Origin: Draconibacterium sp.
GTDB lineage: Bacteria > Bacteroidota > Bacteroidia > Bacteroidales > Prolixibacteraceae
Length of the DNA: 64,000 nucleotides
Assembly (NCBI GenBank): GCA_047975435.1
Contig: JBKEDN010000292.1
Span: 18,513 to 82,512, forward strand
Direction: 5' to 3'
Below, piece after piece: positions 29,257-36,485 of this stretch. Each line of letters starts with the position of its first letter. Positions within the stretch are counted from its first letter, which is position 1. The notes under the pieces are model-generated. The model did not search any database and was not told the origin of the DNA. It saw nothing but the letters and a program-made list of their open reading frames with translations. The translations under genes were made by a program, and so were the position numbers.

Positions 29257-29916
29257 TTAGCAACCTCCGGCAGCAACGTTCGATTTTTGACGGCGCTGAA
29301 CCTGAACCGGTTTCTTTACTACTTGTGCTGCTTCGCTTCCGTCTTTTGGGGCGGCCATTTCAGCATAATTAAAACGGGCAATACCCTTTTTAAAGGAGTC
29401 ATCGTTTTGGGTAGTTGCCAGATTATCTTTGTGTTCGAAATAATAGCTATAACCACCCAACAGCAACTTTACATTGCTAAACCCCACCTGGCGAAACAAC
29501 ATCCACGGCCCGTTGGCCTGTAATTCGTCTTCGCCATAAAGGACAACAGTGGTTCCATTATCGCGCAATTCTTTTAAACGCTCTATGTTTTCTTCGCGTG
29601 TGAGGTTATTGGCCGACATATTTTCTGCACCCGGAATATGTCCCTGCCCAAAAACAAAATTATCGCGAATATCGAACAGCACAATGTTTTCAGGCTTGTT
29701 ACTGATTACATCTTCCAACTGCCAGGGATAGAAATAAGCGTCAGAATCGTCAAGCGCTGCTACGCTTTCGCTCATGCTTTTCTCGAAAGTAAGCAGCGGT
29801 TTGTGCACGGTTAAGAAACCAACAATCAGAAGAACCACAAAAGCAGAAAGGGCAATAAGTGTTCTCCACGGATTTAATTCATGTATATGCATGGTATTGA
29901 TTTTTTCAAGTTTCAA
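29257..29916 (-). CDS. Membrane-anchored rhodanese-like protein lacking the catalytic Cys, with C-terminal ...KSNVAAGGC
   Basis: It has a TM anchor (LIALSAFVVLLIVGFL) and the rhodanese pattern VLFDIRDNFVFGQGHIPGAEN ... TVVLYGEDELQANGPWMLFRQVGF. Gly occupies the usual active-site Cys position. The TTG start at 29916 may be replaced by ATG 29892. Confidence 0.75.
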   Translation of the reverse strand: MKLEKINTMHIHELNPWRTLIALSAFVVLLIVGFLTVHKPLLTFEKSMSESVAALDDSDAYFYPWQLEDVISNKPENIVLFDIRDNFVFGQGHIPGAENMSANNLTREENIERLKELRDNGTTVVLYGEDELQANGPWMLFRQVGFSNVKLLLGGYSYYFEHKDNLATTQNDDSFKKGIARFNYAEMAAPKDGSEAAQVVKKPVQVQRRQKSNVAAGGC

Positions 29917-30531
29917 TTAACAACCACCGGCTGCCACATTCGATTTCTCTCTTCGTTGCACCTGAACTTCCACTTTCGAAACATCGGAAGGTTCGGCACT
30001 TGCCCCCGTAAAATACATTTGTGCTCCTTTTCTGAATGTGTAGGTTTCCTGGTCGGCATACGGAGCATCGCCCGAAGGTTGCTGCGGATCGATAATGGTC
30101 TGTATCCAGCCGTTTAACCCTCCCCGCATAACATATGTTCCTTTGTAACCCAGCCTTTTGGTAAGTACCCACATTTGGTCGGCCTTAATATCGTCGTCGG
30201 ATACAAACACTACTTTGGTTCCCTTAATTCCGAAGTAAGAAAGATTTCCCGGGCTCAACAGGCTGTCGAGCGGAATATTAACAGAACGTGGCAACGAATA
30301 ATTTTGAAAATCTTCTTCATTTCTCACATCTACCAGCATCAGCGAAGGATCACCTTTGATAATCATTTTTGCGACCTGGTCGGTAGTTACATACCTTGTT
30401 GGCTGAATAATTTCCTGAAGCAGAATTTCGGGATCAACCTGGTTGGGTTCATCGTTCATTTTCAGGAAAAGGGTTCCAACGGCCAAAACAAGCATTAGTA
30501 TGGTTAGAAAAATATAATTTCTGTTCATCAT
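29917..30531 (-). CDS. Membrane-anchored rhodanese-like protein lacking the catalytic Cys, with C-terminal ...KSNVAAGGC
   Basis: It has a TM anchor (IFLTILMLVLAVGTLFL) and the pattern LMLVDVRNEEDFQNYSLPRSVNIP ... KVVFVSDDDIKADQMWVLTKRLGY. Ser occupies the active-site Cys position. It is a paralogue of the adjacent gene. Confidence 0.75.
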   Translation of the reverse strand: MMNRNYIFLTILMLVLAVGTLFLKMNDEPNQVDPEILLQEIIQPTRYVTTDQVAKMIIKGDPSLMLVDVRNEEDFQNYSLPRSVNIPLDSLLSPGNLSYFGIKGTKVVFVSDDDIKADQMWVLTKRLGYKGTYVMRGGLNGWIQTIIDPQQPSGDAPYADQETYTFRKGAQMYFTGASAEPSDVSKVEVQVQRREKSNVAAGGC

Positions 30532-30532
30532 T

Positions 30533-31135
30533 TTAGAATTTATATTGTTTCATATTCTTACGAACACGTTTTTCGATAAACATGGTTACCCAGAAAGCAG
30601 CCAGCGCAACAACCGTAAAGGCCAACGCAAAATAGGATGCCGGGATTCCGGTAACATCGGTAAGTGTTACATTTCCGAGCGAGCCACTATTGTAAAAGTT
30701 CTCGAACAGCGGGAAAGCCAGCGAAAAACCGAAAATTCCGACGTACAAGCCAATTGTAAAAAACAAGGCATCGAGCTTGCCAATGGCCACACCGGTAAAA
30801 CTGGTTCCCGGGCAATAACCGCCTATTATAAAGCCAAATCCCATGATAATTCCACCAACGATCATCGGCCCTAAATAAGTAGGAAGTATAAATATTTTGG
30901 AAAGATCGAGCCAGCCCAGGTAATCAAAATACATGATGCCCACCATGGCAACGATAAGTGCGGTAAAAAATACGCGAAGTACAACAAAGTTATAGCCATA
31001 AAATACTCCGGCCAGATTTCTTGACGACGAGAATCCGGAGGCTTCCAGAATAAACCCGAAAGCAATTCCGATTAAAATAGCGATTAAAAAATCCCAGCCT
31101 TCGCCAATTATACCGTTAGGAATTAAAGGTCCCAT
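30533..31135 (-). CDS. YeeE/YedE family sulfur-compound transporter, half-size subunit
   Basis: Polytopic 200-aa protein with the motif GGYCPGTS. Confidence 0.8.
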   Translation of the reverse strand: MGPLIPNGIIGEGWDFLIAILIGIAFGFILEASGFSSSRNLAGVFYGYNFVVLRVFFTALIVAMVGIMYFDYLGWLDLSKIFILPTYLGPMIVGGIIMGFGFIIGGYCPGTSFTGVAIGKLDALFFTIGLYVGIFGFSLAFPLFENFYNSGSLGNVTLTDVTGIPASYFALAFTVVALAAFWVTMFIEKRVRKNMKQYKF

Positions 31136-31232
31136 ATTTTATTGTTTTTGAATGTTCTGTTATTATTTTAGTCTCAGTGTTCAGTAAATTAATCTTGCGA
31201 ACTGATTCCTGTAAACTGCGACTGTCAACTTT

Positions 31233-31769
31233 CTATATCCACAATTTTCTAAAGAAGTAGGCGATGATGTACCCGGTTCCAAAAATGCCGAACATGACAA
31301 TTACACCTCCCAGTGCAAACGTTGAAGTTCCGCTAAGTGCGGCGCCACTTGTACATCCACGCCCGAACTGGCTGCCAAGGCCAAACAATGCTCCTCCGAT
31401 GATCGCCAGAATCCAGCGTTTTTTACTGCTTATTTGCGGGCCATGATCGGTTCTGAATTTACCAACACGGCCAAAAATTAACCCGGAAAGCAGACCACCA
31501 ATCAACACACCTAGCGACTCGAAAACCAACCAGGTGTACATCGGTGAATGATCGTCGCTGACAAACTTGCCCATGTAATTATTGGCTTTTGTAGCCGTTG
31601 GGGCAATTGTATTCGAGGTAGTTACCACAGCACTTTTGATGGCGCCGCTGGCTCCAAGCCCTCTGCCTGTAATATAAACTGTTGCAAGTATCAGCAGCCC
31701 CAGCAATACTCCTCCCAGGTAGGGATTGATATATTTGGGCTGACTCCCAATGCTATTATTTACGTTCAT
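31233..31769 (-). CDS. YeeE/YedE family sulfur-compound transporter, half-size subunit
   Basis: Polytopic 178-aa protein with the motif GRGCTSGA. Confidence 0.8.
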   Translation of the reverse strand: MNVNNSIGSQPKYINPYLGGVLLGLLILATVYITGRGLGASGAIKSAVVTTSNTIAPTATKANNYMGKFVSDDHSPMYTWLVFESLGVLIGGLLSGLIFGRVGKFRTDHGPQISSKKRWILAIIGGALFGLGSQFGRGCTSGAALSGTSTFALGGVIVMFGIFGTGYIIAYFFRKLWI

Positions 31770-31788
31770 GTTTATGATTTTTTTTGAT

Positions 31789-32730
31789 TTAGTACAAATA
31801 GCGTGTTATCTGGCCGGCCTCTACCATGATAAAGCGGAACATTAAACCGCCAATCAGAATCATTACCGGAGGCAACCACTTTGGTACATGAAACCCCCAA
31901 AGTTCAAGTGTTTCCATAATTGCCGGGAACACCAGTCCGAGAATAACCACAAATACCCAGAAACTTACGGTAAATGGACCACCTAGGAACAAATTAGCTG
32001 CTTCTATTGCCGTTTGTGATCCGGCCTTGAAACCCATAAAAAGGTGAACGATTAAAAAGAGTTCGATCACAATAAAAATCAAATCGATCCGGCTCAGTTT
32101 TTTACGTTCCTTTTCATCTTTACTGATCCAGATAATGGTTGCCAAACCAGTTGAGAATCCAGAAACCAGGAACAATGGCCCTAAAATAGAAGTGTTCCAA
32201 AGCGGGCGGGCATTAAAGGCCGACAACAAAATACCGGTATAAACACCAAGAATAATAGCGTAGATCATCATTGCCCATGCAAAATATTTCCGGTTTTTGA
32301 TTACCCACGCTTCAAATTGTTCCAGCAAACTAAATTTCCAGTTCCACCCGGGAACCAGTTCTTTCATGTAACTGGCTACCCAAATAAAAGAGAGTGGCGA
32401 AATTACCATCAACGTCCACGCTCCCCAACTCATCGGAGATTCCAGCCTTACAGTTGTATATAACTGCCAGAAAAACAGTTTGTGTTTCAGATCGAGAAAC
32501 AGCGCAAACAAACCCAGCACCAGCGCAATAGGTGCAATAATGGGAGCCCACTTTACCGTTGCCTGCATTTGTTTTTCTTTTCCACGAACCACATAAAATC
32601 CGGCAAAGAAAAGAATACCGGCTGCCAAACCTCCTAAAAACAAATAGAGAGGAATTTGCCAATGCCAGATATTGAGGTATGGATCAATATTCGGAATATT
32701 ACGTCCGCTTACAAATAATTCTTCCTTCAT
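31789..32730 (-). CDS. NrfD/PsrC-type quinol-interacting membrane subunit
   Basis: 313-aa polytopic membrane protein encoded directly after the 4Fe-4S subunit. Confidence 0.8.
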   Translation of the reverse strand: MKEELFVSGRNIPNIDPYLNIWHWQIPLYLFLGGLAAGILFFAGFYVVRGKEKQMQATVKWAPIIAPIALVLGLFALFLDLKHKLFFWQLYTTVRLESPMSWGAWTLMVISPLSFIWVASYMKELVPGWNWKFSLLEQFEAWVIKNRKYFAWAMMIYAIILGVYTGILLSAFNARPLWNTSILGPLFLVSGFSTGLATIIWISKDEKERKKLSRIDLIFIVIELFLIVHLFMGFKAGSQTAIEAANLFLGGPFTVSFWVFVVILGLVFPAIMETLELWGFHVPKWLPPVMILIGGLMFRFIMVEAGQITRYLY

Positions 32731-32742
32731 AAATTTTGTTTT

Positions 32743-33276
32743 TTAGGTAAGAAAATACAATTGAGGTTTTGTACCGGCTTCGGGTGCCAGCACTTTCCAT
32801 TTACGGTCTTTGATGGCCAGTGAAACATCACTGTTTGGATCGTCGAGATCACCAAAATGCAAACACCGCGTTGGACAAACATCCACACAGGCCGGGTTTT
32901 GTCCTTTCTGAACACGGTGTAAACAAAAGGTACATTTATCCACATAACCATCCGGGTGCGAATAACGCGCATCGTACGGGCACGACTGAATACAGGCACC
33001 GCAGCCAATACATTTATCGTGGGTAACGGTTACAATCCCGCCTTCCTCGATGTGGCTGGCGCCGGTAGGACAGCAACGTACACAAGGAGAATTATCGCAA
33101 TGATTACAACGTTCGGAACGAAACTCCAGGCTGATGCTTGGATACGTTCCGTCCACACTTTCCACAATCCAGTCGCGGCAATAGCCATGAGGCACATTAT
33201 TTTCTGTTTGACAGGCTACTACACAGTCGCCACATCCGACACACTTTTTGGTGTCAATTGCCATTGCATATCTCAT
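32743..33276 (-). CDS. 4Fe-4S ferredoxin-type electron transfer subunit (PsrB/PhsB/DmsB-like)
   Basis: Cys clusters CVGCGDCVVAC, CNHCDNSPCVRCCP, CIGCGACIQSCP and CTFC...CVDVCP. Its start overlaps the stop of the catalytic subunit (ATGA). Confidence 0.88.
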   Translation of the reverse strand: MRYAMAIDTKKCVGCGDCVVACQTENNVPHGYCRDWIVESVDGTYPSISLEFRSERCNHCDNSPCVRCCPTGASHIEEGGIVTVTHDKCIGCGACIQSCPYDARYSHPDGYVDKCTFCLHRVQKGQNPACVDVCPTRCLHFGDLDDPNSDVSLAIKDRKWKVLAPEAGTKPQLYFLT

Positions 33277-35528
33277 GCTTTAACCTCCTTTCCTTCACGC
33301 GCAGGTTCTTCTGTTAAAAAAGTTATAAAGTTTCCTCTCATACCGGTTCCTCCCATTACCGGATCAACTGCCACGTTAGTGATCATTTCAGTATCGGCTG
33401 CGCCGCGCCCGAATGCCCTCGACAGTTTTTTGTTATTGTGCCCAAACCCGTGAACCATGTAAACCGAATCCCAGCGAATCCGTTCTGTTACACGCACCTT
33501 CACCGGAAACGATGTTATAGCGCCATCCTGGTTTTTCAGCCACACTTTCTGGTCTTTTTTCAAGCCCCACAAATCAGCCACTTTTGGGTTTACCCAAACA
33601 CTGTTTTCACTCATCAAATCCGAAAGGTTTGGATTGTTTGACGTACGGCTGAACGTGTGCATTGGCGCACGGCCGTAAATGAGGCGGTAGAAATTCTGCG
33701 GTGGTTCCGGGTGCCTGGTATATTTTGGCATCGGATCAAAACCGTGGTCGGCAAAATCAGTGGAATACAATTCTACTTTACCGGTATTTGTATTGAACGT
33801 GAAGTCTTCCCCGTCGCCCAGGTACAACGGGCCACTTTTCCTCGGGAACTTCTTTATCCCAATCTTTTTCATTTCTTCGAGCGAGGTACCCAGCTTTTTC
33901 AGCTGCCAGTCGATCACTTCTGCATAATCATCGTAATTGAAGTAATCATGCAAACCGAGGCGTTCGCCAATTTGTTTGGCAATCCACCAACCCGGTTTCG
34001 AGTCGTATTTTGGCTCGATGGCCGGCATTCGCAAAGCAATGTTGGGTTCGCGGTTTGCTGCCGAACGAATTACATCGTATCGTTCCAGGTAAGTTGCTTC
34101 CGGAAATACCACATCAGCATAACCTGTTATATCCATTGGCATTGTATCCATAACTGCTATAAATTCTACTGCTGCGGCAGCTTCTTTAAACAGCGGTTTA
34201 TCCGGCATCGACAGTGGCAAATTGGTTCCTGCCACCAGCCATGCTTTTACCTGGTGCTCGTAATTATATCGCGGGATTGATGCTTTCAACAGCTCGGTGG
34301 TAATCCCCATTGTTGCCAGCGGATATTTTCCGTAATTCAGGTTCTTCCAGGTCCATTCCGGCTCGGGATATTCCGGTTGCGGAAATTCCGGGATTGAAAC
34401 ACCTTCGGGCATGTACAAGCTTCCACGTTTCCCCCAGGCGCCCAACAAGGCCGAAAGAATGGCCATTGCACGTTCGCGCTGGGTATCGTCACCATACCAA
34501 ACCACATGACGCCCCGGATGAATGACTACTGCCGGCGCTGCTCCCGCCATTTCGCGGGCTGTCCTGCGAATCTGTTCCGGCTCAATGGTGGTAATTCCGT
34601 ATGCCCATTCGGGAGTCATGCTTTTCACATGCTCTTTCAGATAATCAAAACCGAATGTATATTTTTCAACAAATTCCTTGTTGTAGAGCCCTTCGTAAAT
34701 CAACACATGTATCCAGGCCATCAGCAAGGCAATATCAGTTGCCGGCTTAATCGGGAGCCAGTAACTTGAATGTGCGGCTGCCGTTGATAAACGGGGGTCA
34801 ACTGTAATAATGGTTGCACCATTATCAATTGCTTCCGACATTTCCTGTACCTGCGAATTGTGCATGTTCTCACCAATGTGCGAACCGATCAGAACCAAAC
34901 AACGGGTATCCCGGATGTCGGTTGACTCAGGAGAACCAACATACGCACCAAAAGTTGAATAATAGGCAGAAGAACGTGGTCCGCGACAATTGGCAAAAGC
35001 TGGTTCAGCATTGCTTTCAGAACCATAGGCACGCAAAAGATGATGGAAGTGGCCGCCCGGAGTACCGTGATTAAATAACCCAAAAGCTTCCGGCCCGTAT
35101 TTCTCTTTTACCTCTTTCATTTTGCCGGCTACCAAATCCAGCGCTTCTTCCCAGCTTGCTTCCCGGAAATACTGGCTGCCGTCTTTTTTTGTTTCCCTGA
35201 TCAGCGGTGTTTTCAAACGGTCTTCGTCGTAAACCATCCCAACACCGCCTGTTCCTCTCGGGCATAAACGACCGTTACAATGCGGATCTTCCTTATTCCC
35301 AATCACTTTCCTGATTCGGCCATTCTTATCAACGTAGGCCCATCCGGCGCATTTCCAGAAACAAACTTCACAGTAAGTAGGATACGGAGTCAGGTCTTCG
35401 TCACTCACGGGCCCGTCCGATTCCGATTTGAACAAGCCAAACCCGTTCGAACCAAAAGCTTTCAAGCTTAAAGCTGCCGCCCCGGTACCAACTGCTGAAA
35501 TTTTGATAAAATCCCGTCTTGTTTTCAT
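33273..35528 (-). CDS. Tat-exported molybdopterin oxidoreductase catalytic subunit (Psr/Phs/Ttr/Arr-type; substrate unresolved)
   Basis: Start trimmed to MKTRRDFIKISAVGTGAAA, which carries a twin-arginine motif. The N-terminal FeS cluster is CEVCFWKCAGW...CNGRLCPRG. The mature protein is about 750 aa. Confidence 0.88.
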   Translation of the reverse strand: MKTRRDFIKISAVGTGAAALSLKAFGSNGFGLFKSESDGPVSDEDLTPYPTYCEVCFWKCAGWAYVDKNGRIRKVIGNKEDPHCNGRLCPRGTGGVGMVYDEDRLKTPLIRETKKDGSQYFREASWEEALDLVAGKMKEVKEKYGPEAFGLFNHGTPGGHFHHLLRAYGSESNAEPAFANCRGPRSSAYYSTFGAYVGSPESTDIRDTRCLVLIGSHIGENMHNSQVQEMSEAIDNGATIITVDPRLSTAAAHSSYWLPIKPATDIALLMAWIHVLIYEGLYNKEFVEKYTFGFDYLKEHVKSMTPEWAYGITTIEPEQIRRTAREMAGAAPAVVIHPGRHVVWYGDDTQRERAMAILSALLGAWGKRGSLYMPEGVSIPEFPQPEYPEPEWTWKNLNYGKYPLATMGITTELLKASIPRYNYEHQVKAWLVAGTNLPLSMPDKPLFKEAAAAVEFIAVMDTMPMDITGYADVVFPEATYLERYDVIRSAANREPNIALRMPAIEPKYDSKPGWWIAKQIGERLGLHDYFNYDDYAEVIDWQLKKLGTSLEEMKKIGIKKFPRKSGPLYLGDGEDFTFNTNTGKVELYSTDFADHGFDPMPKYTRHPEPPQNFYRLIYGRAPMHTFSRTSNNPNLSDLMSENSVWVNPKVADLWGLKKDQKVWLKNQDGAITSFPVKVRVTERIRWDSVYMVHGFGHNNKKLSRAFGRGAADTEMITNVAVDPVMGGTGMRGNFITFLTEEPAREGKEVKA

Positions 35529-36097
35529 ATAAGAAATATTTTTTAGCAGTAAGGGTAAAATGTTTACCATCCCACTATTCCATTCATCTTACAATATGTA
35601 TATCTAAATATTTATATTTCTAGATATCGTCGCAAATATATAAAGGTTTTGGTAGAAGAAAGCTGTCAGTTGATAATTTGAAACCATTAAAAATAAGCAA
35701 TTTAGATCAATTTTAACCAAGAGCAAAATAAAATACATATGATTATTTCAATATATATCTAATACCTGTAAAACAATTGATTACATCACATTATTTGCAT
35801 TATATTTAGTTAAAAACAAAACACCTTTACGTATTTTATTAAGAACAAATGGCACAATAATATCAAAATACTAAACAACATAAGTTCAATAACTAATTAT
35901 TGGGAATATCCTCTAAACCAAAGACATCTAACTCAATTGTACTGTTTGCAGAAGCATAAAAAAAGACAGACGGTTTCAATTTGTTCCAAATTATCTCATA
36001 TTTGCCAAACCAATAGGAGTAGTGTGTCTGCCAAAACAAGATTTAATGATGTTTAATAAAGACACATAATCCGGGTTTCAAACAAAAATATTAGCAG

Positions 36098-36484
36098 ATG
36101 AACAACAGAAGGACATTTCTGAAAATAGCCATTACCGGAATCGTTGCTTTTTTTGTGTTTATCTGGAACAAGCTAACCTTAACCCATTTGGAGGTTTCGC
36201 GGCAAAAAGAAAGTACCCTTCCATTTAATAAGAATAAGGAAGTTTCGTTTGCCGAGCACTATATTATTGTTACACAAAATAATTCCACCACCGTTTTTTC
36301 GGCACATTGCACACACCTGGGGTGCAAAATTGACAAATCGGAAGGCGACCGCCTGGTTTGTCCCTGTCATGGTTCGGAATACGATTTACAGGGAAAAGTA
36401 CAAAAAGGCCCGGCCTACAAAAACCTGGAGGTTTTACCTTCGCGAATTTCTGACGATGGAAAAAATATCATAATCGGAGCCTGA
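36098..36484 (+). CDS. Rieske [2Fe-2S] protein with Tat signal
   Basis: MNNRRTFLKIAITG, then CTHLGCKI ... CPCHGSEY. Confidence 0.85.
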   Translation: MNNRRTFLKIAITGIVAFFVFIWNKLTLTHLEVSRQKESTLPFNKNKEVSFAEHYIIVTQNNSTTVFSAHCTHLGCKIDKSEGDRLVCPCHGSEYDLQGKVQKGPAYKNLEVLPSRISDDGKNIIIGA

Positions 36485-36485
36485 G

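Noticed and set aside
30533-31769. The two YeeE/YedE ORFs as a frameshifted pseudogene of one full-length transporter.
   Set aside because: They are separated by a 97-bp spacer. Each has its own ATG and its own conserved Cys motif (GRGCTSGA, GGYCPGTS). Two-gene half-size versions (PmpAB-like) are known.
35571-36097. FNR/CRP-type site TTGATTACATCAC and TAnnTTTG-like boxes in the AT-rich divergent spacer.
   Set aside because: The half-site spacing is one base short of TTGAT-N4-ATCAA. In such AT-rich sequence, near-matches to short promoter motifs are expected by chance, so this is not reported as a feature.
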